Origin: Octopus vulgaris
Lineage: Eukaryota
Assembly (NCBI GenBank): GCA_951406725.2
Contig: OX597814.1
Location: 992,001-1,056,000, forward strand
DNA: 64,000 bases
Direction: 5' to 3'
Part shown: one piece after another, positions 10,671-23,228 of the stretch
How positions within the stretch are numbered: position 1 is the first letter of the stretch
Layout of the letters: each line of letters opens with the position of its first letter
Made by a program: the position numbers and the translations under genes
The notes under the pieces: model-generated
Databases searched by the model: none
What the model saw: only the letters and a program-made list of their open reading frames with translations
What the model was told of the DNA's origin: nothing

Positions 10671-11526
10671 CAGCAGCTCATGTAGCTCTTGTAATGGTGT
10701 GGTGCACACCATGTACGCACTTAGAATATTTTCGTCGTTTCCTGTTCGTGTCTTGCCAAGTTTTCTGTGTCGTACGCCAGTCACCCTATCATTGTTTCAC
10801 CCCGTTTACATACATACATATACATATATATATAGATATATATGTGTGTGTATATATGTATATATATGTATGTGTGTATACAAAAAGAGAGGGGTGACAG
10901 AGAAAAGATAAATAGCAGAGAGAGAGAGAGATAGAGAGGACGGAAGGAGAGAAGAAAATAAAGAGAGTGTGTAGGTGTGACAAAAACATAGAAGGAGGGG
11001 GGGGAAGTGATGGAGAAAGAAATGGTATGAATAGAGAAAGGGTAGGGGGGAGAGAGAGGAGAACCGATAGATACATAGAGAGAGAGAGAGAGAAAGAGAA
11101 AGGGAGGGAGGGAGATAGATGAGTAGCTGTGTGTTTGTGTGTGTTATTTAATTAGTAACAATTAGATTTGTCTCGTGTCTGTTGCTTGAAAGAGTCTATT
11201 GTCAGGACAATAGCAGCAGAAACACTAACAACAACATTGTTGTTACATGTAAGCGGCGGCGGCGGTGCTGGTGGTGGTGCAGTAGACGGCGAGAGGGGAG
11301 CCCTCCCCCCCCCGCCCTTACTTCTTCTTCTTCTTCTTCTTCTCTTGTAGACAATATGGATGGATGGATGGTGGTAAGTCGCTGCTTCTTTTTCCTTGCA
11401 GGAAATCCGCTCGGAATTCTCTCGACTGAAGAAATACGTGTATTATTTTTGGTGTGTTTGTGTGTGTGTGTGTTGGGGAGTTTCTCTCCAAGTTGTCGTC
11501 GTTGTTGTTTGTTTCAACTCCTATGT

Positions 11527-11633
11527 TGACCACCACCCTTGAAAGGGTGTGCGTCAACGGGTCCACCCTGTCCCCCTCGTGTTGTATTGTGCTCAAGTAG
11601 AACCCGAACACCCTGCCCGTCCTCCCTGACTTC
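11527..11633 (-). other. Duplicated 107 bp structured element, copy 2
   Basis: Minus-strand hairpins GTGTTCGGGT-TCT-ACTTGAGCAC and GTTGAC..ACCCT-TTCA-AGGGT..GTCAAC. Confidence 0.7.
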
Positions 11634-11674
11634 TCAGCTGTTCTTACACTTCTTGTATTTCTTTTCTATTTCAG

Positions 11675-11772
11675 TAGTTTATTATCATCACCTGATGTGG
11701 GAACGACACCCTCACCTCTCAACGCAAGCAAAGAATATCAAAAAGAAGAAAAAGAAGCCAGAGTTGAAATGA
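11675..11772 (+). CDS. Possible terminal coding exon (VYYHHLMWERHPHLSTQAKNIKKKKKKPELK*)
   Basis: Branch-like CCCTGAC, long polypyrimidine tract, TTTCAG acceptor at 11674, stop at 11770-11772, ATTAAA (11885) and AATAAA (11905); no family recognised. Confidence 0.2.
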
Positions 11773-12205
11773 CTGATATTGGTGTTACCACAACCAGCTT
11801 TAACCCAATCACTTCTAGAAATTCTCATCTAAAAACATACATCGGACTGTGAAGCTTCTTCGTCTTCCAGACCGTTCGTTCCTGATTAAAATAATAATAA
11901 TAATAATAAAAAGATAAAATAACAACCCTGACAGACATATCAATTGGATGTGATAGGATTTAATTTTTTTTTGGTTCATTCCATTGATTTTGGTGAGACC
12001 CTTTGCTATAAAACCTTTGCCATGTCTGTTAAAGTGACTTCTCACAATGTCTGGGATTTATACCTGAGGACACCAGAAGCACAGGTAAGAAAGAACACAT
12101 TTTTAATTACCATTAACTCGGTCACATACTTCAATACATTCAGTCTTTGTTTTTTTTTTTGTCTTTCCTCGCCTTCTTATCATTTTTTTTTATAAAACAT
12201 ACCCT

Positions 12206-12240
<35 letters not shown>

Positions 12241-13375
12241 TTTATATTATGTAAATACTAATTAGTGGTTTTTCGATATAAATTAGTCAACAGTCAATAT
12301 TTCCTGTAAGGTGCCATGCTATATTTTACCAAAATACCACCCTAGGCTTTATATTACGTTCGTTCCAGTGTTTTTGGTATTTTCTGACTCTCTCCCCCGT
12401 GTATATATATATATGAGATTATATATATCACCAAAATAAACATTTTATATCGACATTCTCCTTTCTAACTCAAAATTCCTCACTTACATAATAATGTGTC
12501 GTTAAATCAACAAATACAGTTCTTTAAACTATTTCATTTACAGCAATGTTTCCGTGAAAGGCATGAACATTCCCACGTCTCATTTTTCCTTCTGTAAATC
12601 CCAGGCCATGCGTACAGTCCAACTCGGTGTTCCCTAGGTGGAAGGGTGGATGGATGGCTGCTGGCATGGTAATTGATATCATATACAGATGGTTATAACG
12701 AGAGCACTTTTTCTTTTCCCACAGAACTAATGCTGGTGGTCTGGTGGCATTTGTCCAAGACTGAATTGAGTGTGGAGACGGTTCAGAGAACTGCAAAACC
12801 CTCAGATTGTGTGTGTGTTTCTGTGTATATATGTATATTTGTGTGTGTTTATAGTTCCATATCGAGAATCCAAGCTTATTTCTTCTGCCATAACATCAAA
12901 AAATGACTACGTTCTAAGAACGGCTTTTGACATCTTATTATGAGGACCAAGTCAGTCTCTCTCTATAGACGGGTAGAAACATTCCAGTATAGAATACTAC
13001 CAATATATGTATATCATACAAACATCTTATATACACCCACATGTATGTATAAAGGCAGCTATTGTCTACACTATGACATATGGATACCGACCATACCACT
13101 CTCTCACACGTCTTCCCTCCAAGACACACCAAATTTCCTTGTGAAATTTCCACGAAAAGCAGAACCTGAACTTTGAGTCGCCATGGAAACAATACTAATT
13201 TAAATCACGAGAATTGTGTATCCTCCTCCCCACCATCTCGTCCCCGCTTCCATGTCTGTGTAAGGGACGGATACTTATTGTTTAGGCCGGAATTTAATCC
13301 TGGCAGAGAGCAATGTCGCAGCCGGGAATAATCTTGTTTTATTCGTTGTTATTTTTATGTAAAAACTACATTGAG

Positions 13376-13423
<48 letters not shown>

Positions 13424-13844
13424 ATATGGCGATCTTTCGTCTACTATATATATATATATATATATATGCTACTTTCAAAAATTGGTAAGAGATTTAGCTG
13501 CTATTTCTAGCGGGTCGTGCGATCACGTAGAGGTTTCTTCGTCGAGACAAACTGTTGTTGGGGGTTTGTGAGAGAGAATAACTCCCATATTTTGTGTGAT
13601 TGATAGATGTTATGGTTGAGAAACGGACGGAGAAAACGGATTATTCAGGAATATGTGTGTGTATATAGATGTTTATGCGACTGCTACGTGTGTTGTATAA
13701 ATATGTATGCGTGTGTACGTAATGTGTATGTGTGTGTGTGTGTGTGACTGAAAGTTATCATTTTACGTTCACTTTCCATGCGGGCAAATATGTTTAAGTA
13801 GGTATATATACGTGTGTATAGGTATGAGTATTGTGTGTGTATCT

Positions 13845-14050
<206 letters not shown>

Positions 14051-14154
14051 ACACTCGCGCACACACGTTTAAATGTGTATGTATGTGTGTGCTTATGTAT
14101 ATAAATAAAACTACAGTTGAGTGAATGCTTCTGTGTCTGAGAAATGGTTGAAAT

Positions 14155-14561
14155 ATTGGTTTCAAATTTTGGCACAAGGCCAGCAAATTCGGGGGCAGGG
14201 AGCTAGTCGATTGCGTCGATCCCAGTAACCAACTGGTACTTATTTTATCGACCCCGAAAGGACGAAAGGCAAAATCGACCTCGCCGGAATTTGAACTTAG
14301 AAACAGCCGAAATGCCACTAAACGTTTTGAAACAACTGAAATATTGATTTCAAATTTTGGCCCAACGCCAGCATGGTCGTAGGAGTGGGTAAGTCGATTA
14401 GATCGATCCCAGTGCGTAACCGGTACTTATTTCATCGACCCTCGAAAGGATTGAAAGGCAAAGTCGATCCCGCCGGAATTTGGACTCAGAACGTAAAGAC
14501 GGTCGAAATGCCGCTAAGCATTTCGCCCGGCGTGCCAACGGTTCTTTCAGCTCGCCGCCTT
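14155..14561 (-). mobile_element. Two adjacent SINE family B variant copies (alternative 3' tail)
   Basis: Same Nin-like core with a GGCCTTGTGCCAAAATTTGAAA tail; more copies near 17240-17449, 21195-21572, 49190-49400 and 50590-50990. Confidence 0.8.
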
Positions 14562-17500
14562 CAGAAATGGCTGAAATATTTAAATGTTTGCACAACTCTT
14601 TATATGTTTGATATAAATAAATATACACATAAATCCTACCTGTCTCCTACCTGTCTCCGAAGGCCTGTGAAGTGTCTGGGCACAACACCTTGATAAAAAT
14701 AGTAAATAAAAGAGAAAAAAAAAAGGTCTTGGCTTGATCTGCTAAAAATACTAGTTGAGTGACATTCTGTTAGGAAAGACATTGGATAAAGTAGCTGAAG
14801 CACCCTTTGTCATTGATCTACTGGTTCAAAGCTGCCTTGGGTTAAACTACTTCGTCAAAGATCAACACATTTGATAATGTAGTCTGAAAGACAGGATGGT
14901 GATACATTATCATACATTGATCATACATTTACCAGTTCAAAGCTGACCTGGTGTTAAACAACAACAACAACAACAACATGGAAGGACACATTTGGTAATG
15001 TAGTCCTAGATACACTATGTCAGAATGAAAGGCAGTATGGTTACAGTTAAATTGAAGCACCTTTGATCATGGATCGACTGGTTCAAGGCTAAACCACCAC
15101 CAAGAATGGATACATTGGGTAATGTACTCCTAGATACATATGTCTGAAGGATAGACATGTGGTCATCACAGTTGGTGTATCTTCGATTCTGGCCCCACAT
15201 CTAACAGACACCATCTCGTTCTGTTACATAGTGTATTGCTTCCATGTTCAATGTAACAAGTCACTGATACAATCAGGCTGCCTACTGCTTCAACACTAGA
15301 CTTAACTGCTAGAAATAGTAGCTAAATCTCTCTTAAAAATCACATAGAATACAGAAATGTGATGGAGTGTTCTCCAGTGTCACAAGTATACAAATGGAGT
15401 AAAATGTGACATCTCTATAAGTGGACACTCACCCTGGGTCAAGCTGGCCTAACTTGTAAAGACCTATGCTCTCACTTATCTGTGTTCTTCAGCTTCTAGG
15501 TGCATGATAAAATTTGACTTCCTTTTCAACAAATTCACTGGGGTGAGAAGGGGGTGTAAAAACTGCCATTTCCTTTTCTAAGCTGAAATTGATGAGGGTT
15601 TGCCCAAACTGGTAAGTAACGATGTGAACGTCTGTTTTTAAAACCTTGGGGAATGACATTTGCTGTGGGATTTTTTGTCTCAGTAAAAAAAAAAAAATTC
15701 TCCCTAGAGACTTTGTACACAAAGACACATCAAGCTCCAAATGATGCCAGCAGACTACCAAACACTGGTGTTTTTATGTGGTTTCTTCTCCTCAGTGTTA
15801 GACACTGCCTCAGTCACTTGGAGCTAGTTAGAAACTTTTGTTCTCTCATAGAAAATAACAAGCAAAACATTTGTTGGCGTGTGATGAGGCTTGACAAACT
15901 GGAATTAGTTCAGTACACAAAGAAGAGAGGATTAAAATAATGATGTGTGCATTTATTTTTACTGCATTTCTGCACATCTTCCTCATTTCATATCCACTTT
16001 CCTTCCCACACTTGCATGGGTCATAAGGAATTTGTTAAAGCAAATTTTCTATGGCAAGATGTCTGTCCTCTCCCCAATTCTCACCTGTTTCTGAGCAAGG
16101 AAATAATCCCCCATGGCCAGATAAGTGTTTTTTTTTTTCATGGGAGTCTGGAAATGATAAGTGTAAGTTACATGACAAAAATGCTCATTTACAATAATCA
16201 CGTGATGTCAACACACACACACATGTGCACTCATGCATGAATCACTGGCTTCTTTCAGTTTCCATCCACCAAATCCACACACAAGACTTTGGTTGGTCTG
16301 GGACTTTAGTAGAAGATACTCACCCAAGGTGCTGTGTAGAGGGACTGAACCTGAGACCACATGGTTAGGAAACCAGCTTCGTAATCACACATCCATGCCA
16401 GCGCATTATCATCCAGTGTTTTAAATCCAGGTTTTTGTCCCCATTAACGAGGGTGGCTGGATCTACCCCAATGCCGTAGCAACTGAGGTAGGTAGGTAGG
16501 TGCAGCTTACCCCAACCTTTAGGCTGGTTGGCACCCATTCTCCCTTGCTATCATGAGACTGTTTTGGAGCTGGATTTTCTACGGGGGGTGGGGCATGCCC
16601 CTGCTTACCCCCAACCTCAGTTTCTAGACTAGAATGTAAATAACATTTGTTGTGGGATTTTATCCTTGAGAAAAAATTTCTCCCTACCGATTTTGTATCT
16701 TCATTTCTTTACATCGGGTCCAACATGCAAACTCTTTCACCGTATCTTTCAAAAGCCAAAAGAAGGTAGTGAAGTGAACTTAACGATGGACTTTGCTGTT
16801 CATTGGGTTTCTTCTACAAATAACAGCAGCTGTTTTACATAATTTCACAAGTGAATCAATGCAAACACAAGTACTTTGTTATTCTGTACACATCTTGGAT
16901 AGGCCTCTCCGATGGTGTTACTGTACCTGGACAGTGTATTCCAAACCAGCAATCTCACTTACCTTGTGTGTGTGTGTATGACTGACTATTTCATATTTAA
17001 GCAATGCTTGAGTTACATTTCTACTTTCACTTTCATCAATCAGTCAGCCAATATGATTTTGTTTGGCAGCTGGCAAAGTTTATTTTTATTTGTTAGTTTG
17101 TTTTTTTGGGGAAGGATCAGAGATTTCTGGAAGTTGTCCATAATGGCCAGAGTGAAAGTCCTCCAGAACAGATTGTTTAGTTGATCTCTATTAACTCTTG
17201 TTAACCCTGTGTAGCTGGACTTCGCAAAGTGGTCTATAATGATTTCAAATTTTGGCAGAAGGCCAGTAATTTCGGATGAAGGGCAAGTTGATTAAATTGA
17301 CTCCAGTTTTCAACTGTTACTTATTGACCCTGAAAGGACAAAGGGCAAAGTGTACCCCAGCAAAATTTGAACCCAGAATTTGGAGTTGGACAAAATGCCA
17401 CTAAGCATTTTCCCCAGTGTACTAACAATTCTGTCAGCCTGCTGCCTTAAAGTGGTCCTTACTGATCCCTGAAAGTCAATAAAATTATGGCAGGGTTTCA

Positions 17501-18008
17501 TTTAAAATTAAGGGATTCACAAGGAGTGAATTTACTAGTTGTATCATCATCATTGTCATAATCATTTAACATCCCTCTTTCATGCTCATGTGGGTTGGAC
17601 AGTTTGACGAAATCCATCAAGATGAAGGACTACATCATGCTTTGGTATAGTTTTTATGTTATCTGGATGCCCTTCCTAATGCCAACCACTTTAGAGTGAG
17701 TGCTGGATGCTTTTTGTGTGACTCCAGCATGAAGGAGAGTGCCATGAGGCCTGCAAGACTAAGATTCCTTTTGATTGAGTAGGGTTACAGTAAAGGGAGA
17801 GGGGACTTTGTTATATGATGAGGGATTCAAGTGTGAGAGAAGGGGGACAAAATGGAGCAAATTTCTTGCTGTACAGGAGCTACACGGTTATTCACGTTTT
17901 AGGAGAGAGAGGATAGGAGTTAACCAGGATGGAACTATATGCATAGATTCAAACACACACACACCTTGATATGTGTAGGGTGTGTGAGCAGACACGGACA
18001 AATACACA

Positions 18009-18049
<41 letters not shown>

Positions 18050-18058
18050 TTTTGAGCA

Positions 18059-18418
18059 AAGGCACTCCATCACTTACGACCACGAGGGTTCCAGTTGATC
18101 CGATCAACGGAACCACCTGCTCATGAAATTAACGTGCAAGTGGCTGAGTAGTCCACAAACTTGTGTACCCTTAATATAGTTCTCAGGCAGATTCAGCATG
18201 ACACAGAGTGTGACAGGTACAGCAGGAACAGGAAGAAAGAGTGAGACAAAGTTGTGGAGAAAAAGTACAGTAGGGTCTGCCACCACCCCTGCTGGAGCCT
18301 TGTAGAGCTTTAGGTGTTTTCGCTCAATAAACACTCACAACGCCTGGTCTGGGAATCGAAACTGCGATCCTATGACCGCGAGTCCACTACCCTAACCACT
18401 GGGCCATTGCACCTCCAC
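18059..18418 (-). mobile_element. tRNA-derived SINE family C
   Basis: A box TGGCCCAGTGG and B box GTTTCGATTCC; homologous to 25294-25674 and 38403-38770. Confidence 0.85.
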
Positions 18419-18462
<44 letters not shown>

Positions 18463-18726
18463 TAATAAATAAAATATATGCATACATACAAACATATATG
18501 TACGTACCTACATCTACATGTATATATACATGCATATATAAATATATATACGTGAGTACAGGACACCACAAATAGACGTAGAACTCAACGAGAAACGAAA
18601 ACGGAAAAGCCATTTTTTTACAACAGAAAAACAGAGTACAGGACATACTACACAAGGAAAAATCCCCTTCATCAGCTGTCCCTAGTTTGACTCCATCGTG
18701 TTTCGAAGGCAAGACATATATAATAT

Positions 18727-19101
18727 ACTAGCAGTATCGCCCGGCGTTGCTTGGGTTTGTAAGGGAAATAACTATAAAGCATTTTTAGAGAGTTATAGCC
18801 AAAAAATGGAAAAACAATGATGGTAAATTTTTTTTTAGTTAAAAAGGTCGAGTTGCGTCCCCTACACAGTTTGTGGTTTGTGTTCCTGATTCTCGACCCC
18901 ATGTCGAATTTATCGATTATTTTCAGAACTGGGGGAACTTTTCAAAATTTTCGCTGCGTTAGTTTTGAATTATGACATTGGGCTATGTGTGTGTCAAGTT
19001 TCATCAGAATCGGTTGAAAGCCGTGGTCAGGGTGAGGCTACAACCTAACAGACACACAGAAACACACACAGACAAACTGCCGTTTATATATAGAGAGAAG
19101 A
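18727..19101 (+). mobile_element. Non-autonomous Helitron/Helentron-like element
   Basis: Starts ACTAGCAGTATCGCCCGGCGTTGC, contains AAGTTTCATCAGAATCGG and (ACAG/AC)n, and ends TTTATATATAGA..GAT, the usual layout of such elements. Confidence 0.6.
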
Positions 19102-19107
19102 TATAAT

Positions 19108-19404
19108 ATTAGAGATAAAACCACTATTATACAATCCAAACAATGATAGACATAAACCAAAACAAATAACAAATAATATATATTTTCTAAAACATATAAC
19201 TAGATCTCAAAAAGTATAAAAATGAATGATCAATAAGTAATATTATAAGTATAATATATAATAAGTAATATTACTAATTATATATTGATCATTCATTTTT
19301 ATACTTTTTGAGATCTGGTTATATGTTTTATAAAAATATATATTATTTGTTTTGGTTTATGTCTATCACTGTTTGGGTTGTATAATAGTGGTTTTATCTC
19401 TAAT
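19108..19404. repeat. ~300 bp fold-back inverted repeat (arms ~125 bp)
   Basis: ATTAGAGATAAAACCACTATTATACAA.. pairs with ..TTGTATAATAGTGGTTTTATCTCTAAT; a related internally deleted copy is at ~22212-22350. Confidence 0.9.
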
Positions 19405-19598
19405 TCATACTTTATAATTTTATATTTTTTATATTTATACTGTGAAATTTGATTTAATACTAAATTGAATTTTTCCCTGTAAGTTTGGAGTTATACTCCC
19501 TAATATTATTATTATTATTATTATAAATGTGACCACGTGTGTACCGTTGGCGATTTTTTTCCTCCGTCTTCCCTTCCTTGGATCTTTCCTTTTCCTAT

Positions 19599-19633
19599 GT
19601 TTCTGACGAAGAGCTCCGCTCGAAACATTAAAC
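19599..19633 (+). ncRNA. Minimal type I hammerhead motif (Penelope-type), one helix III substitution
   Basis: GTTT-CTGACGA-A-GAGC-TCC-GCTC-GAAAC-ATT-AAAC; AACATT is one CpG-type change from the palindrome AACGTT. Confidence 0.65.
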
Positions 19634-19943
19634 CCTCCTTCTTTCTTTTATTTCCTGAGCGTCCAATAACACTATACTTGTTCCACGTCTTAGCGCTGTT
19701 GTGTTTTCTCTTTGTGTTTTCATGTTTGGATTAACTATATATATATAGATATATATATATATATATCATCATCATCATCATCGTTTAATGTCCGTTTTCC
19801 GCGCTAGCACAGTTTGACCGGGGTCTGGGAAGCCAGGGGCTGCACCAGGCTCCAGTCTGATCTGGCAGTGTTTCTACAGCTGGATGCCCTTCCTAACGCC
19901 AACCACTCCGCGAGTGTAGTGGGTGCTTTTTACGTGCCACCAG

Positions 19944-19992
<49 letters not shown>

Positions 19993-20006
19993 TAAATACA
20001 CAAATT

Positions 20007-20234
20007 TTAACCCTTTAGTATTCAGGTTACTCACTGAAATTTAACCTATTTACTTCTTCACATTGTTTTTGAATTAATCATTTATTATCTCATAGCTTTG
20101 AGCTTTCATTAATGTGACTGTTTATCTTTAGAATCACATTGTAGGGTAGGTGTGACAGGCTGGATCTGGCTGGTACGATCAGAAAACAATGCTTTTGGGC
20201 CAGATAATGGTCAGTTTAAATGCCAAAGGGTTAA
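20007..20234. mobile_element. piggyBac-type MITE
   Basis: TTAACCCTTT ... AAAGGGTTAA; inverted homologue of 3085-3313. Confidence 0.8.
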
Positions 20235-21600
20235 TATTAAGAAATTAGATTTGTGAAAGAGTGAAGATGTGCCAAGGAGGTTGCCAAATAAAATTAAGCT
20301 GTATTGTATAGTGTCCCTGTGTGGGCGTGTGGGACCTATTCTCTCTCAGCCATGGTTTCCTTTTGTGTTAACCCTTTAGCATTCAGGGTACTCTGTCGAA
20401 TCTAATGCTTATTTATTCACATTGCTTTGAATTAATCATGGATTATCTCGTAGCTTTGAGGTTTAAATAATGAGATTGTTTATTTTTAGAATCACATTGT
20501 AGGGTATGTATAAGAGGCAAGATCTGGTTGGTTTAAATGTAAACATAAAACATAATGAGTATTTTGGCCAGATATGGTCACTCTAAATGGTCAACCCTTC
20601 CCACTGGAATCTGTACCTTGTCAACATCACCACCTGAAATTCCTGGATACATCTACACACATCTCTCCCTCTCTCTCACATACACGCCACTCTCCTCCTC
20701 CTACACTCTTATGAAATCATCCTCCCTTTCTTTCCCTCTTCGTCTACTCTCTCTATTCTCCCTTATATTCACCTTGAACTTTGAGTGCATGCTTTGATAC
20801 CCCTTTTTATACAACTACTCTCACCCACACTCGCATTTTGTCGGGTTGCCATGTAACCATTGAAACATACACACACACACACACACACAATATATTTAAT
20901 AATAATAATAATAATAATCTTTTCTACTCTATGCACAAGGCCAGCAATTTTGAGGGGAAGGGAACAAGTTGATTAAATCAACCACAGTTCTTTCTTATCA
21001 ACCCTGAAAGGTAAAGTTGACTCTGGCATGATTTGAACTCAGAATGCAAAGAGCTGGAATGAATGCACCGAAAGTAGTTTTTGATTCAGCCAATCCACCA
21101 ATATCATGATGTAGTAGTAGTAGTATCAGTAATAATAATGATAATAATAATAATATTATTTATATTATTAATATGATGAAAGGCATGAAAGCCAAAGGAT
21201 GAAAGGCAAAGTTGACCTCAGCGGAATTTGAACTCAGAACGTGGTGGTGGAGGGGCGAAATACTGCTAAGCATTTTTTCCAGTGCACTAGCAATTCTGCC
21301 AGCTTGCCGCCTTGTAATAATAATAATAATAATAATAATAATGATGATGATGATGATGATTTCAAATTGTGCCATAAGGGCAGCAACTTTGGAGGAGAGG
21401 ATAAGTCAATTACATCGACCCCAGTATGCAACTGGTACTTGTTTTATCAACCCCGAAAGGATGAAAGGCAAAGTTGACCTCGGCGGAATTTGAACTCGGA
21501 ATGTGGTGGTGGGTGAAATACCGCTAAGCATTTCGTCCAGCGCACTAACAATTGTGCCGGCTGCACTGCCTTGGAATATTAATAATAATAATAATAATAA

Positions 21601-22349
21601 GGCGTAGGAGTGGCTGTGTGGTAAGTAGCTTGCTTACCAACCACATGGTTCCGGGTTCAGTCCCACTGCGTGGCACCTTGGGCAAATGTCCTCTATTATA
21701 GCCTCGGGCTGACCAAAGCCTTGTGAGTGGATTTGGTAGATGGAAACTGAAAGAAGCCCGTCGTATATATGTATGTATGTATATATACATATATATATAT
21801 ATATAAATAGGAAAAAAAATGCACAAATTCTGTAAGTTCAAGACCTTTCATCGGATCTCCAGGAATCGAACTTTCTTCAATGCAGTTAAACTTACACCCT
21901 CATTTGTATCTACCCCTTTTGATGTTTGGGAATCTCTCATGTTTTTTCGGCTGACGAGTACGAGCCATCTATATTTACTGCATTTTTTGTAGCTTATTAA
22001 AGATGTCCTCGTACAAAACAATTGTACCGATATTTTAATCCATTCTTGTTGCTTTTTTCCTATTTGTAACTTGTCGTATGGTTAACACCATATAGATTTC
22101 CGGTGCATCCTAGTTAAGGACCATATTCATGTGAATTCATTAGAACTCACTTGAATCTCAATTATTTAAACCGTATATATATATATATATTATATATATA
22201 TATATTATATAAATTAGAGACAAAACCACTATTAGGCAAATCAAACAATGAAATATTATATTATATAATATAATATTTTACTATAAAATTGGATTCAATC
22301 CTAAATCTGATTTTTACCTGTAAGTTTGGATTTATTCCCTAATATTTAT

Positions 22350-22380
<31 letters not shown>

Positions 22381-22598
22381 CGTGTGTGTATATATTTGTG
22401 TGTCTGTGTTTGTCCTCCCAACATTGCTTGACAACCGATGCTGGTGTGTTTACGTCCCCGTAACTTAGCGGTTCGGCAAAAGAGACCGATAGAATAAGTA
22501 CTAGGCTTACAAAGAATAAGTCCCGGGGTTGATTTACTCGACCAAAGGCGCTGCTCCAGCATGGCCGCAGTCAAATGACTGAAACGAGTAAAAGAGTA
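21601..22598 (+). mobile_element. SINE family A split by insertions in its internal (TA)n
   Basis: Head 21601-21765 and tail 22381-22598 flank two foreign segments (21806-22173 and ~22212-22350). Confidence 0.85.
21947..22030 (+). ncRNA. Type I hammerhead motif with long helix II, G12-to-A substitution
   Basis: Helix I TCGG/CCGA, CTGACGA, helix II GTACGAG/CTCGTAC extended by CATCT/AGATG, AAAAC in place of GAAAC, palindromic ACAATTGT and GTA triplet. Confidence 0.7.
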
Positions 22599-22929
22599 AT
22601 GATAATATAAGAGTGGAATGAATATTTGATTGTAGTGCATGTAGCGTTTAGATGATGTGATTGAAGTTTCTCTTTAGTGAATCAAGTCCACAATAGGGAC
22701 AACAACAACAACAGCAGCAGCAACAAGAAGAAGAAGTGGTATTTCAAAGCAAGCTATGAAGAATCAATCAGCCATGCTGTTTATATTGGAGCACGGTAAA
22801 TATTTGATACGCAATACGGGTGTATAGACGACACATGGTGTGCGTGTGTGCGCGTGTGTGGTTGTACAGTCAATGTGTTTGTGTGGCGCTTCATGTATGT
22901 TGTATGGAGTGTATATTCTGTTGCAGGAT

Positions 22930-22971
22930 GTGTTTGTGATCTGCAGTTTATATATTATGCACATGCACATA

Positions 22972-23011
<40 letters not shown>

Positions 23012-23228
23012 TATATATGTATACACATATATATATATATGTATACACATATATATATATATGTATACACATATATATATATATATGTATACACATATAT
23101 ATATACATATATACACACACACACACATATATATATATATGTATACACATATATATATACATATTTATACACATATATACATATATATACATGTATATAT
23201 ATGTGTATATATATGTGTATATATATGT
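22930..23228. repeat. (TA)n/(CA)n compound microsatellite
   Basis: Direct inspection. Confidence 0.95.

Noticed and set aside
11535-11548. ACCCT-TTCA-AGGGT (- strand) resembling a histone 3' stem-loop
   Set aside because: It lacks the invariant GG/CC base and flanks, and there is no histone ORF upstream
11523-11600. Short ORF MLTTTLERVCVNGSTLSPSCCIVLK, seemingly conserved in the 6.9 kb copy
   Set aside because: The start of the other copy lies at a SINE junction, and several differences are non-synonymous and fit - strand RNA pairing better
12524-12790. Minus-strand ~88-codon ORF after a TTTTGCAG acceptor
   Set aside because: No recognisable family and a weak donor, and stronger splice signals lie on the opposite strand; kept only within the 11.1-13.2 kb island finding
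18660-18712. CTGATGA and GAAAC on the - strand suggesting another hammerhead
   Set aside because: The motifs are in permuted order and helices I and III cannot be closed; the element is truncated by the neighbouring insertion
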